Source: Azolla caroliniana (lineage: Eukaryota > Plantae > Polypodiophyta). Taken from it: DNA of 64,000 nucleotides. A program made the position numbers and the translations under genes. The stretch is from NCBI GenBank assembly GCA_043228905.1, contig JBHGNT010000003.1, forward strand, positions 9,238,001 to 9,302,000. The letters are read 5' to 3'. Under the pieces are notes generated by a model. The model searched no databases and was not told the DNA's origin. It worked only from the letters and a program-made list of their open reading frames with translations. Shown here piece after piece: positions 13,015-26,000 of the stretch. Within the stretch, counting starts at the first letter, position 1. Every line of letters begins with the position of its first letter.

Positions 13015-13476
13015 TGTTGACCGGGCAAGCTCAATCGGATTTGGATTGGTACCCGGAACGGAGAACGGGATAGGTACCCAGATCGGTGTTCGGATATATC
13101 GGTATCCGACACCTAGATCCGGACTGGAGAACCGGATCGTACTTCGGAATAGTGAGAACCGGTAGGATGTTGGAGCCTATGGTCTGAGCCTAGTACGTAG
13201 GCATATTCCTTGGAGTTAGTGTCAGTCGTTTGTATGAGCATTGAAGTACTTGTTAGTACTTATGTCAGTCCTTTTAAGGACCTGTATAAAAAGTGTTCTA
13301 TAGGACATTCGTATGTACAGAGTGTTATTACTTTGAATTGAGTTTATGCTATTCTGCTCTCTCTATCTCTCTCGTGTACTGTGTATTCTCAAGCTTCCAT
13401 TAAACCTTCAATTTTGTTTTACTATTGTTATCCAGCTGAGCCGGTTTATCTAAGCTTCCACATATTAACTTTTACA
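13015..13476 (+). repeat. 5' LTR of copia-A
   Basis: TGTTGA...TACA, 462 bp, followed directly by TGGTATCAGAGCG (iMet PBS, 13477-13489). Confidence 0.9.
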
Positions 13477-14894
13477 TGGTATCAGAGCGCAACGGTTGAG
13501 AATCCTCTGCTGCGGATGAGTGACGTTCATAGACAAACCCTAAAACCTGGTGAAGAATAGGAAGGAGAGAATGGACTGAGGAATGGCTAGCCCGTTCCTA
13601 ACGGAGAAGCTTGATAGATCCAACTATGCATCCTAGTTGTACAAGATGCACCAGTACTTGCTCGGGCATGGCTACTGGAGTTATGTGGACGAAGCTAACA
13701 ATACGGCACCTAATGCGGCACACAAGGACTTCTCGGCTTGGGAACAAGCGGCAAGCAGGGTAATGTACTGCTTTGCATCTAGTGTTGATGATTAGCTACT
13801 CGGCCATATCCGGGATGGCAAGACACCAAAGGAAGCTTGGGGAAACTTGACAAAGGTCTTTGCCGCAAGCACCACGGCCCGGAAGCTGCAACTCTGACAG
13901 AAGGACATGTCGGTGGCCAACTACACGGGCCGGATCAAAGACATCTGCGATTCACTTGCCTTCATCAACGTGACCGTCGAGGAGGATGAGATGGTGCAGG
14001 TTTGTCTCGGGGGCCTGGCCTTGAAGTTTGGAGCATTCCAGGTTGCAGTATGTACAAGGGAGAATACACCCTCCTTCTTTGACTTAAAGTCAATGCTCCT
14101 TGTAGAGGAGAACCACGCATGTGTGTTGACGAGCACACCACCGACAACCAGATGTTGTACAGGGAGGAAGAGAGGTCCCGTGGTCGTGGCAGACCAGGTG
14201 GATCAGTGTGCAATGCAAGCGGCTGACAAGAGCAGAATCGGAGGCACAAAAATAGTGCTGACAACAATTCTAGACCCTCCATAAGTAGGGGGAGTTAAAG
14301 CGACGCCGAAAACCGACAAGGGAAGGCCAACACAGAATGCTGGTACTGTGGCAAGAAAGGCCACCGGGGAAGAGAGTATTAGAAGAAGCACGCTGATTTG
14401 GATAAATCCAGATCCGGTAAGGCCGGACAAGGGAACCGACAAAGCTCGCACTATGCCGAAGGATCAGAAGGATCCGGAATCGGTAAGACCGGAAAAGGGC
14501 CAGCCTATGTGATGAAACACAAGGCGAACTCGATGAAGAAGACCACTTTTGGATCGAAGGAAGTGTGGTACGTTGACACCGGAGCATCTAACCACATGAC
14601 GAGCCACGAAGAGTGGTTCTCGTTTCTGGAAAAGCCGGAGCAACCGAGAGTTGGCGAAACCGGAGACGACACTCCTCACCTGATAGTTCATGTCAAAGAA
14701 GTCCCCTTGAGTCACGTTGGACACCAAGGGAAGCGTATGAATGTGCTTCACGTCTCGACAATCACAAAGAACCTGGTGTCGGTCGGGCAGATCGTCGACC
14801 AGGGGATTTAGGTGGCAGATTGTTGACCATGGGATGTAGGTGCGGTTTACGCATCTCCAGTGCTTCATTGAGGAAGAGGGCCTGATCATCGCGT

Positions 14895-15661
14895 TGTCGC
14901 GACTTTCGGCTTCAGATCGTTGCGTGAGTTGGGTGGGAACCACTGAGGTTTTGGACTAGGAAAAAGAAGAATACAATATAAGGCTAGTTATGAATAGGTA
15001 GAAAGAGAAGTACGAAAATAAATCTTGTGAATCCCATGTGTTTAGTGTATTTAATCAATATCTAGATTGTAAGAAAGAGAATTTTGATGATAAACTCGTG
15101 AATCCCACAAATATATTAGATTGATCAATCCTTGTAAAAAAATCAACAACAGCATACATCTTTCTCTCCTCCTTATAGAAGGATGGAAGAGGCTAAGCAT
15201 AGCTTTATGCTTTTTCTAAAGTGTTCATGCACACTAAATGTGCATGAGTAATTTTTTATTGGTGTACATTTTTCTTATAAATAAAGTATTCACGCATTCT
15301 AAAAATGCATGAATTACCTTTTAATAAAGGTAGGCGTAAATAAAGGTCGTATACGTATTAAATCTATATTTAGAACACTTAGGATAATTTAGTACAATGG
15401 TAATTGGGGTTTATCTATGTGGAGGTACAGGGTTCAAATCCTGCCCTATGCACGTAATAAATATTTTCTTCTATTTTACAAATTTGTCTCTTCATCCGAT
15501 GAGAGACTCTCACCGGCCTTCTTTATCCGGCTCTTGCCAGTTCTACTTGATCCGGTTCTTACCGGGTCTCCTTACTGGGTCCTCCTTACCGGTTCCTCCT
15601 TGTCCCATCCAGAGGAACAAAAAATGCAATTTTCATGTAGTGTGCGAATTACACTACGACA
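14895..15661 (-). repeat. 3' LTR of element F
   Basis: TG...CA, highly similar to 20683-21175 plus 22045-22316. Confidence 0.92.
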
Positions 15662-15717
15662 CTTGCCCCCTCCAAACCCGCACATCCTCCGGTATGTGCT
15701 GAAGTTCCCGATGCTCA

Positions 15718-18700
15718 TTATTCGCCCTCATCCGTAGCACTCTCCGATTCTCCCCTTATGTCGATTACGAGTTGAAGTGCACTCTCTTTGCTTTCCGCCT
15801 CACCGCGATCTTTGTCCGGTTGCTCCTCATTGTTGGTCTTGTCTAGGGTTACATAGGGTTCGTCGTTAGTCCGCTTCTTGAAGATCTTTACCCGTTTCCT
15901 TGCTATAGGCACTCGTAGTATCATTCCATCCAACTCACATAGTCGGTACTTTCCGTTGTCGAAAACTTTCCGAACCTCGTATGGACCAAACCACCTTTTC
16001 GCGAACTTCCGTATCGTTGTATGTTGATGATCCAAACTACTGTCATAGAAAATCACCCAATCTCCTTCTTCAATCTTCCGTGCTCGTAATCGGTGCTTTG
16101 TATCGAACCGGCTTTTGTTCCGGAATCGCGCTTCTTGTTGTCGGCGTGTTGCTTCCGCTATGTCTTCTGGTCTACCCTCTAGTTGTTGTATTCGGACCGC
16201 TAGTAGTTCTTCCCGGCTCATCTCTTCCTTCCATGGTAGCGTTGGCCATGTCGCGATCGCGGTTTCTGTCAGCATTACTGGTGCTTGTCCGGTCATAAGT
16301 TCTGTCGGCATATAACCGGTTACGGAGCTATGCGTCGTCCGATCAGCCCATAGTGCATACGGGAGCATCTGCGGCCAATCCTTCACCCTTCCGTCGCATG
16401 CTTTGGCAAGTGCTTTGACGATCGGACTATGTCCTCGTTCGATTTTCCCGTTGGCCTTCGGATTGTATGCCGTTGTTAGTGTTAATGGAACTCCATGTTT
16501 GGTGAAGAATTCCCTAGCTTTATTAGAGTTGAGTTCTCCCCGATCTGCAATCACTTGTCCTACGCACCCGTACCTGCAAAACACCTCCTCCAAAAGAAAT
16601 TGGCATACCGCAAAACACGTTTTCCTTCGTAGCGCCCGACCTTCTACTTGGTTTGTGAGATCTTCCCGAGCTAACAACAAGTACTTCTTTTGTCTGATCC
16701 CGGTTGGCATGGCTACAATTTCGACCATCTATTTGAAGTTGATTGTCGGTGAGAATGTCAGATGTAACTCATCTCGGTGTCGAACTCAGGAGTAGATTTG
16801 ACACTTCTCGCAGCTTTCCGTGAACTCCGCTATATCTTTGTACATATTCTTCCACCAATATTTTGTTTGATTTTCACAAAAGTTGCCCATGTTCCTCGAT
16901 GTCCAACCCAACTGGATTCGTGAAACTCAAACATTATCCGGTTTCGTTGTTCTTTCGTCCCGACTACCCGAAGTGGTATGCCATCCGGTCTTTTTGGCTC
17001 CCTCCATATTAATCCATTTTTCAAGAAGAACTTTTGGACTTGTCACTTCTTACTTCGGATCTCGGCTCTCTTCTCTTTATTGTCCGACGATTCCTTGATT
17101 TCTTGTAGCACTTTCCCGATCAGCAAGCTTTCTCCCTCGTATTCTTCTTCTCGGAATTCTCGGATTACGTTCACCCGGCATATGTGCTCCGAAGCAAAGT
17201 AGTCTTCGGAAACTTCTTCATTATCGGATTCGGTTATGTCATCTCCGAACCGAGCCCTTGATAGCATATCCGCTACCATGTTGTCTTTTCCGAAGATGTG
17301 TCGTACCTCCGGATTAAGTGACTTAACATATGCAATCCACCTTAGCATAGCCACATCCGGTATCATGCAACACCGCATCATCCCGAGTATCGGAAGACAA
17401 TCCGTTTCGATCACTACTTCAGCTCCGATCAAATAATCTCGATCCGATTTGATTGCTGACATGAGTCCCCATAATTCTCTTTTGACTTGTGCATATCCAC
17501 ATTGCCTTTCAATGAGAACCTTTGCTCCGAATCGGATCGGATATCGCAAACCATCCGAGTCGGCTTGATTGATGACCCATCCGATCCCGGTTGGACTTGT
17601 ATCAACCGTTACTATGATCGGTTGCTCATAGCTCAGCTTCTTAAGTGCTTCAGCCCTCCGTAGTGTTTTCTTGAACTTCTTCATGGCTTTGGTGTGCTCC
17701 GGTTTCCATTCGAACTTCTTCCCCTTCCGCAATAAGTGATAGAGTGGGTCCACAATATGTGCATAGTGCGGAATCCATATGTGATAAAATGCACAAGCTC
17801 CAAGAAACCTTCGAACTTCAGGTTGTGACTCGCATACTTCTTTCATAGTTAGAATCGCATCGATCTTGGTTGGTAACGGTCTTCGGCCGTAGGGCCCACA
17901 TAGATGTCCAACTACCAATATCTCTTCTTGCCCGAATGCCGATTTCTCCCCGGAAAGTGTTAGGTGCACATCTTCTAACTTTCGAAGCACTTTCTCGCAA
18001 TCACGAATATGGTCGACTATGAACTTTCGGCATCCCCGATCATCCATAGTTTCATCTTTTTCTTCTATCGCACATCCTTTCATTGGAATGTCATCTAGGA
18101 ACGACATAGTTATCTCCGGATTGGAATCTCGAATCACCTTATTCATCGCGTTCATCATATATGCCACCGAGTTTGTCACTCCTTGTGGTAGTGTGCACAT
18201 TCGGACTAATCCTATCGGTGTTCACATGGTAGTGATGTCTCGGCTCTCCACGGCTAGTTGGAATCGGTCATACCCCGAGTATAGGTCTCCGATGGAGTAT
18301 ATCGCACAACCGGCAAATGCTTCCGCAAATTTGTCCACTATCGGACCGACTCCGGAGTTCCGGATCGTGACCTTGTTCATCGGTTGCAAGTCTTGGATAA
18401 ATTGGAGTTACCCATTCTTCTTCGGAACCGTAAACCATTGATTTGAGTACGGAGCGTTTGATGGCTCTAGAATCCCCATTGCCACCTTCTCCTTGAGCAA
18501 GTCGATGATTTTGGGAATATGCGCCCGCGGCACCGGAATCGGCTTTAGGTTCCACGACACATGGTCAATCGTGAAGATCACCATCAGCTCCACTATCTTC
18601 GGATCAATGCACCCTATCTCCTTCGATGTGAATGCAAATGCTTTCCCATGTTGTTCCCACATCCCACGGAATCGTTCTTTTTCATTTTGTAAAAGGAAAC

Positions 18701-20643
18701 CACCTCCACCGATCCAAAGTTTCTTCCAGGTCTCATCCGTGAAGGCATGTCCGATATGCACGGACTTCCGAAGTGTCGGATCTCCCGAGACTTCTTTCCT
18801 CTTTTGCTCGCTATCGGCGGGTAACGGTCCTGTGGCCGGTTTCACTTTCTTCTCCACGGTCTTGTATTTCGTACTTACCATTGCTTCTTCTTTGCGGAGC
18901 GCATCCGGCCCCATTTTCTCAATGATCTCGTACATCTTGAGCGATTCCACCGGGACTACCCGGTCTCCTTGGCTTTTATCCTCCACAAGCTCTTCAAGCC
19001 ATTGTAGCGTGCTCCCATAGAACACTTCTTCAACTAGCCCCACGATTTCTTCGTCTCCTTTTATTATTGATGCCGTCCGCAACTTATCCTCTACTTTTCG
19101 GTATTGTTTCTTCTTTCCTCCGTTTACGGTCGTGTACGTAGATGCCCCATCCGGACCGATTCGTACTTGTTTTGCTCCGAGATTTTTCTTCTTGTGTGGG
19201 GTATCAGGGCTTCTCGGACTATCACTTCCCCACTCCGCAACAATCCACTCTAAAAATCCATCCTTGTTTGGGACAAGAGCTCTCTCTTGTTCCTTTCATG
19301 ATTTGCCAACACAATTAGGAATTGGACGGATTTCCCACAGCTTTGGCTCCGAATTCGTGCGAAAGCCGCACCGCTATCGAGCACCTTTGTCTCCATTCGT
19401 GGAGCCATGATAAAGGGTTTCCCGAGGATCATGGAATGTGAGACCTCGTCTTGTACGAAGAAATTTTGGTCGATCTCGACATCCTCGATCTTCACCGTCA
19501 CATCCGGACAAGCCGCAAATAGATCTTGTGTTGCTTTAGTGGCTGCCCAGATCTTCCATCCATGGTTAGTGTTTATAGGCCACTTCCCCTTCCGGTAGAA
19601 CTCCATGGACATCAAATTGATCTCCAATCCGTGATCAATCAATGCTAGCACGGGCGCTTTGATGTTGCCGATTCGGACGGGAGTCTCCGTAGTTGCACGT
19701 GCCCAGTGTGGCCTTGTGTAGTGGGAGTTCGGAATTTCTTACTCCACTTCGGTGTCATTCATTAAAACCGTGTTCGCATTTACCCTTGGAGCATTTTACT
19801 CCGTATTTTGTCTTTTTCTCTTCATGAGATCCACAAGAAGGTCATGGAACTCCTTCGCTATTCCGAGTAATTCCCAAAGCGAAAATTCCACCCGACTATC
19901 AAGGATTCTCTCTTCAAACACCTTCTTTGGGTCCGTCTGTTGTTCGATGTCCGAAGCGAGTTTGAATGCCGGAATTGTTTTTCCTTTCCCCTTCCCTTCG
20001 GAGTTCTGGCTCTCCAGCGTCTTTGATGGTCCGACTGCATCATCCGCGCGCCATCATTTTTCATCCACATACACTTCATGCAATTGACATAGCGATGTAC
20101 ACTATTCTTATCTATGGGGCACTCCCATCCCGTAGCTTCTCGGATACATTCCGCGGCACTTCGGATTTCATCATGGTGGGCTTTCTTCGAAATTTCTAGC
20201 ACTTCCGGCCAAAAAGATGCCTTTGCTCCAGACAACTCCCCCATGCATATTCCCGCGGTTGTCGCATAGTTGTTTTTTGCCGCGATCTCCTCCTCTAGGA
20301 CCTTCTTCATGCCGCCTTTTCGGAAGTTCGGTCGGACTGGCTTCCGAGAGTCCATCAAATGGATCCGATTTCCCTCGTAGTAGATAAGATCCCGTCGTAA
20401 CTCCTCCTTGTGCTCGTCGCAATCCTTTCGATCATGTTCGGTGCTATCGCACCATATGTACCGACGGTCCATATACTTGGGGCTTGTAATCTCGCAAATA
20501 TCGCGACACGTCTTTCCTGTTGAATTGCCCGTTCAATTGCACGAGCCGCTCTACTGCCGCTGCAATCTCCGACATCGCGCGTTGTTCTTGTAGCATCCGT
20601 TCAAACATTGCCATCATGTTGTTAGCCCCCGGTTGATTTTCCA
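15718..20643 (-). pseudogene. gag-pol of element F (fragmented)
   Basis: ORF pieces 19858-20472 (gag), 19250-19651 (PR), 18408-19082 and 17043-18200 (RT/RH), 15718-16728 (IN). Confidence 0.9.
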
Positions 20644-20660
20644 TCTCCTTGCCACCCGGT

Positions 20661-20678
20661 TTCACGTCGGGTTCACCA
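20661..20678 (-). promoter_or_regulatory. Primer-binding site, tRNA-Trp(CCA)
   Basis: Reverse complement TGGTGAACCCGACGTGAA, 4 nt from the 5' LTR. Confidence 0.85.
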
Positions 20679-21175
20679 CTTGTGTCGCGCCTTTCGGCTC
20701 CGGATTGTTGCGTGAGTCGGTTGGGAACCACTGAGGTTTTGGACAAGGAGAAAGAAGAATACAATATAAGGCTAGTTATGAATAGGTAGAAAGAGAAGTA
20801 AGAAAATAAATTTTGTGAATCCCACGTGTTTAGTGTATTTAAGCAATATCTAGATTGTAAGAAAGAGAATTTTGATGATAAATTCGTAAATCCCACGAAT
20901 ATATTAGATTGATCAATCCTTGGAAAAAAATCAACAACAGCATACATCTTTCTCTCCTCCTTATAGAAGGATGGAAGAGGCTAAGCATAGCTTTATGCTT
21001 TTTCTAAAGTGTTCATGCACACTAAATGTGCATGAGTAATTTTTTATTGGTGTACATTTTTCTTATAAATAAAGTATTCACGCATTCTAAAAATGCATGA
21101 ATTACCTTTTAATAAAGGTAGGCGTAAATAAAGGTCTTATACATATTAAATCTATATTAAGAACACTTAGGATAA

Positions 21176-21478
21176 GCAGATAGAATTTTTCCTTTTTTGG
21201 ATCTGAAGAGATTATTGTCGGGGTCGAGTTCGTCCCCTCATGAAACGAGAGATTCGTTTCTATCTTCATGGAGTAGCCATGGAATTCGTTTGGGAAAAAC
21301 GTTGAGAAACTATAATCCATCGGCGTACGAGGTGGGAATCTCACGTACGGTTCTGTATAGTGACATTGAAACTGACTCATCTGTCAACTATACACCAAAA
21401 AAACCTAACTCTGCCCTACGTAAAGTTCCTAGAGTTCGATTAACCTCCAAGTTCGAGTTAACGGCATATATACCAGGT
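21176..21478 (+). pseudogene. rps12: NUPT: plastid rps12 trans-spliced intron 3' end plus start of exon 2
   Basis: Group II domain V-like GCGTACGAGGTGGGAATCTCACGTACGGTTC (~21324-21354), then [29 protein letters not shown]. Confidence 0.88.
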
Positions 21479-21655
21479 GTAATACGGAATCGTCCCCAAA
21501 AATATCGGTTAGAGAGGGCATGTGCCATACGTGGATACCACCTGAAGCTACCAGTAGTACTCTTGGTATAGATACCCAATCTTGGGTGAAATAGATACCG
21601 CGACTATGGTCCTTTTCAATGTAATCGTCGTGAAGTAGATCGAAAAAACCCAGAT
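21479..21655 (-). pseudogene. rbcL: NUPT: plastid rbcL internal fragment
   Basis: [28 protein letters not shown]...[23 protein letters not shown]. Confidence 0.95.
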
Positions 21656-21834
21656 TGGTTAGATCCATCACGGATCGTACATGGACAATAGTTGGAGTCG
21701 GCGGCTCTCCCGAGGCTACTCAATCCAATGCGTATCCCCGGGGAAGAGAATTGGGCTGGCCCTTGTGAATAGCCTGATAGACTTTCTCTCTTCAACTCCC
21801 TAGGCGCGATGCAACGGATGAAATCAAGATCCAT
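21655..21834 (+). pseudogene. trnA: NUPT: plastid trnA-UGC group II intron fragment
   Basis: GGATCGTACATGGAC.ATAGTTGGAGTCGGCGGCTCTCC...GGGGAAGAG...TGGCCCTTG matches the recalled trnA intron. Confidence 0.75.
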
Positions 21835-22044
21835 GCATAATAGCTCACTAATCAAGCGCTCTTGCACCGAAGATGAATGAGACTAAGCAGTCTACCGAAA
21901 TTGTGGGATGTCGAAATACATCGGTAGGGGGAGCGTTCCGTACTAGGTAAAAGCACCAGTGCAAGCAGGTGTGGACGAAGCGGAAGTGAGAATGTCCGCT
22001 TGAGTAACGCAAACATTGGTGAGAATCCAATGCCTCGAAAACCG
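21834..22044 (+). rRNA. rrn23: NUPT: non-functional plastid 23S rRNA fragment
   Basis: TAATAGCTCACT...GGTAGGGG(G)AGCGTTCC...GAGTAACGCAAACATTGGTGAGAATCCAATGCC.CGAAAACC. Confidence 0.9.
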
Positions 22045-22818
22045 GTACAATGGTAAGGTTGGGGTTTATCTACGTGGAGGTACAGGGTCCAAATCCTACC
22101 CTATGTACGTAATAAATATTTTCTTCTATTTTACAAATTTGTCTCTTCATCTAGTGAGAGACTCTCACCGGCCTTCTTTATTTGGCTCTTGTTGGTTCTG
22201 CTTGATCCGGTTCTTACTGGGTCTCCTTACTGGGTCCTCCTTACCGGTTCATCCTTGTCCCATCCGGAGGAACAAAAAATGCAATTTTCATGTAGTGTGC
22301 GAATTACACTATGACAGCGCAAGGGCGTCGGGTTAGGAGGATGTTATCCTCGACACCAATGACGTTGGCACTGTTTTTTTCGCAAAAGAACAAAAAGTCA
22401 AGTTACACATTGACTTATGGCACAAGCGGATCACCTACGTCAAGTATCAGAGGCTTCAATACTTGCAATAGAAATAGGTTGTTTTCAGATTGCCGAAATT
22501 CAGTGGCCGGAAGGCCGTGAAGCCTGCCAGCTCGGTAAGCAACACCGACTTCCGTTCCCACCGAAAGAAATCGGAGTTGTAAGAAGCTCCATTTGATACC
22601 ATGTAAAGAATCGGATATGATTCTTGTGTAGTGGAAGAGATGTGTGTTATGTGTGACAGAAAAGAGAGAAGATAAGAGAAACACAAGACAGATAAGCTGG
22701 AGAAATGAAATACTCAAGAAGAAGAAGATGTATATTCACAAGTAAAATAGCAAATACAAAATGTAGCATTACAAGGAGTCACAACCGACTTAGTATGAAG
22801 TATGAGGAGGGTGCTTTA

Positions 22819-23008
22819 TGTTACGGGCATGACCATATAATATCCCGTGGTGAGAGTTTACCGTAGTATTCTATACACGTGGATAAGTGTGAGGGTTAAA
22901 CGAGAGTGTAATCCTTTACACTCTCGTTTAACCCTCACACTTATCCACGTGTATAGAATAATACGGGAAATTCTCACCATGGGATATTATATGGTCATGC
23001 CCGTAACA
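22819..23008. mobile_element. 190-bp fold-back (palindromic) insertion with TG...CA ends
   Basis: 93-bp arms with 4 mismatches, 4-nt loop, 5-bp TSD CTTTA; absent from the sister LTR (single CTTTA at ~43422). Confidence 0.92.
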
Positions 23009-26000
23009 CTTTATATATAGTCACCCTCTCTCTTCATTAACTAACTACAACAACCACTCTCTCTTGGGGAATGTGAAGACTCATAGTCATGGGGAATCTG
23101 TAACTCATTAGTTACGTGTCACAGAATATGATTCTATGACACATAGTTAATGTGTAGAGAGTAGTGGTGTGACTCTTGAGGTTTGAGTAATCATAGATTC
23201 TCAGAAGGTGTGTTCATACGTTGCAGTATGTTTAGCTTGATTCTCAACACGCCCCCTCAAGCTCAACTCGGGCCGGTTCCTTTCGATTGATGTCCGCTTC
23301 GGTTGGTATTTGGTTCGGACAATCTCCTGTGTCCGCTTCGGCTCGTATTTGGTTCTCGCTTGTACCCCCCCTCAAGTCTGGCAAGTCAGGGATCATGAAT
23401 CCAAGGTTTGACATGAATTGCCGAAGCTTGTCGGCTCCTATGGCCTTGGTGAAGATGTCAGCTGTCTGAAGATTCGTGTTGATGTGTAGAAGATCGACAT
23501 CTCCGACCTGAACACTCTCTAGAATGAAGTGGTAGTGCACTTCGATATGCTTTGTGCGTGCGTGGAATATTGGGTTCCGAGCCAGATATATATTGCTCAT
23601 GTTGTCGTAGTAAATGGGAGTCGGATCCTTGATGGGAATGCCCAGATCCTTCAAAATCCTCTTGAGCCATATGGCTTCACATGCAACTATGGTTGCGCTC
23701 CTATATTCGGCCTCTGTACTCGAAAGAGCTATGGTTGGTTGCTTCTTGCTACTCCACAAAATTGCTCTGCTGCCAAGGGAGAAGAAAAAACCAGAGGTTG
23801 ATCGTCGATCGGCTTTGTACCCGGCCCAATCGGCATCCGTGTACCCTTCGAGTCGAATTGGTGTGGCCGATGCGTAAAGGATGACGTAATCCATTGTGCA
23901 GCTCATATATCGTAATACTTGCTTAGTGTAATCGAAATGGATATCTCACGGAGTTTGCATGAATTGGCTAAGGAGGCTGACTGGATAGTTGAGGTCGGGT
24001 CATGTGATCGTGAGATAGATGAGGCTCCCGATTAGTTGTCGATATTGAGTCGGCTTACACTCGTCTGTGCCGGAGTCGACATCTAGTTTGAGGTTTCGAT
24101 CGAGAGGGGTTTACACAGATATGCACTCTGTCATCCCGAACTTGTATAATAAGCTGAGAATGTAGTGTCGTTGAGAGATCATAATGCCGGTCGGAATCCA
24201 AATTACTTCGATGCCTAGGAAATAATGAAGTTCCTTCATGTCTGTCATCTCGAATTTGTTGGAGGGGAGGGATTTCACCTTGTTGATGTTGACTAAAATT
24301 TCTCCTCCAATGACCAGATCATCCACGTATAGGATGATGGCAATCGAGCTAGAGTCATTTCGTACGTAGAGGGAGTTGTCGGATTTCGACATTCGAAAGC
24401 CGATTTGATGAAGATATTGCGTAATCTACGAATGTCAAGCACACGGTGCTTGCTTGAGGCCATAGAGTGGCTTCTTGAGTTGGCATACAACTTTCAGTTT
24501 AATGCTGGATTCGAAGCCGCGTGGTTGTACCATGTACACCTCCTCTTCTAATTCGCCTTGAAGAAATGCGTTCTTGACGTCCAATTGGTGGAGGTGCCAC
24601 ACTTTCGTCGCTACGAGTGCGATCACAGGCCGCACAGTCGTCATCTTTGCCACCAGGGAAAATTTCTCTTCGTAGTCGACTCCATGCGTCTGTGTGTATC
24701 TTTTTGCTACGAGTCGAGCTTTGTGGCGCTTTACGGAGTTGTCAGCGTTATACTTCACCTTGTAGATCCATATGCAGCCGATTGCCTTCTTGTATGGTGA
24801 GTGGGGGACAAGATCCCATGTCTTGTTTTTGGAGAGTTCTTGCATCTCCTCATTCATTGCTTCAACCCATCTGGGGTCCTTCGCAGCTTCAGAAAACGTT
24901 TCCGGATCCCGTACCGTTGCTACCTTCATCATAAAGGCGTATTGGTACGCCATATAATCATTGTAGCTAAATCGGCTTACAAGGTTCTTTTCACGGGTGG
25001 ATTGGCAGAGCTTCTCGTTTGCAGATACTAAGGGTTTCTTTGCCCCATTTGTCTGGATGTCAAGGCCTTCGAACTCACTATTGAGGGAGCAAGTCAATTC
25101 GTTGCCGTTGAAGGGATCGTCTTCATACTCTGGCATTTTCTCCTTCCCTTTGTCCAACTTCGGACTCAACCGAGATGTACTTTGATCGCTCGGAGGCTCT
25201 TGTGGCCCACTAAGCCTTGTCGTAATCGGGCTTTCTTCAAACATGCGTATGAGCCAATCTCCGGCTTCTATCTCTATTTCGGCGGATTCGGGTCAAGCGG
25301 AATCGGAGTCGAAGTTGTCTCTGGTGCGTACCAAGATGCGGACTCGTCGAAAACGACATCTCGACTTACTTGAGATTTTCGAGTTGAGGGGTTATAGCAC
25401 TTGTACCCCTTTTGCTCGAGTTAGTATCCTACGAGGATACATTTCTCCAACTTTGGGTCGAGCTTTTGTCGCTTCTCCTCGGGGATGTGCATGTACGCAA
25501 TGGAGCCGAATATCCGAACATGTGATAGGTCTAGCATCTTTCCGAAAAACTTCTCGTGCAGAGTAAGTTCGTGCACAGCCGATGTCGTACACCGATTCAT
25601 GAGGTATACGGCCATGTTTGTCGCTTCTGTCCAGTACGACTTCGGCAGGTGCTTTTCATTCGTCATGGCCCACGGTACTTCAAGGATGTGCCGATTCTTT
25701 CGTTCGGCGACTCTGTTTTGTTGTGGTGTGTGTTAACAAGAGAATTCTTGTTAGATTCCTTCCTTTCGGACAAAAGCCGAAAATTCGTTGGAGAAGTACT
25801 CCTTGCCTCCATCTGACTGAAGAAATCGTACATGTGTTACCGGCCGGCAAGGAGTCCAAAATACGGAGTGAAGGAATTAATTAAGTATGGTTGTAAATAA
25901 GCCTAGTATGGACGGAGGGACTGGAAACGGTATGCCGTTCCAGATCCGGACGGATCCCGAATAGGTGCGATAGGCACCGTTTTGTACTACGGGCCGGAAA

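Larger units (their letters stand above)
14895..22316 (-). mobile_element. Ty3/gypsy element F (non-chromovirus, tRNA-Trp primed), full length, degenerate
   Basis: LTR pair 14895-15661 / 20683-22316; TSD GCGT/GCGC inside copia-A; gag CCHC-like knuckle, protease LIDHG, RT LPQGVTNSV...FLDD, RNase H, integrase with GPY motif; PPT GGAGGGGGCAAG. Confidence 0.92.
20683..22316 (-). repeat. 5' LTR of element F, interrupted by an 869-bp plastid mosaic
   Basis: Colinear with 14895-15661 except 21176-22044, which replaces TTTA. Confidence 0.9.

Noticed and set aside
14787-14842. 28-bp tandem duplication in copia-A (and a 16-bp repeat at 9870-9909)
   Set aside because: Ordinary slippage or repair scars.
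15388-15446. Functional tRNA genes in LTRs (also 36255-36322, 45184-45240, 60639-60697)
   Set aside because: A/B boxes are present but I could not fold convincing acceptor or anticodon stems; reported only as tRNA-like motifs.
21197-21571. 124-aa ORF containing rps12 residues as a chimeric new gene
   Set aside because: It runs through intron, exon fragment and antisense rbcL. It is an accidental frame with damaged conserved residues.
21176-22044. CRISPR-like spacer acquisition array
   Set aside because: No repeats separate the pieces; ordinary end-joining capture explains it.
22591-22601. PBS of a tandem copia sharing the LTR
   Set aside because: Beyond 2 nt the sequence is host copia-A integrase coding sequence, which resumes at 43663.
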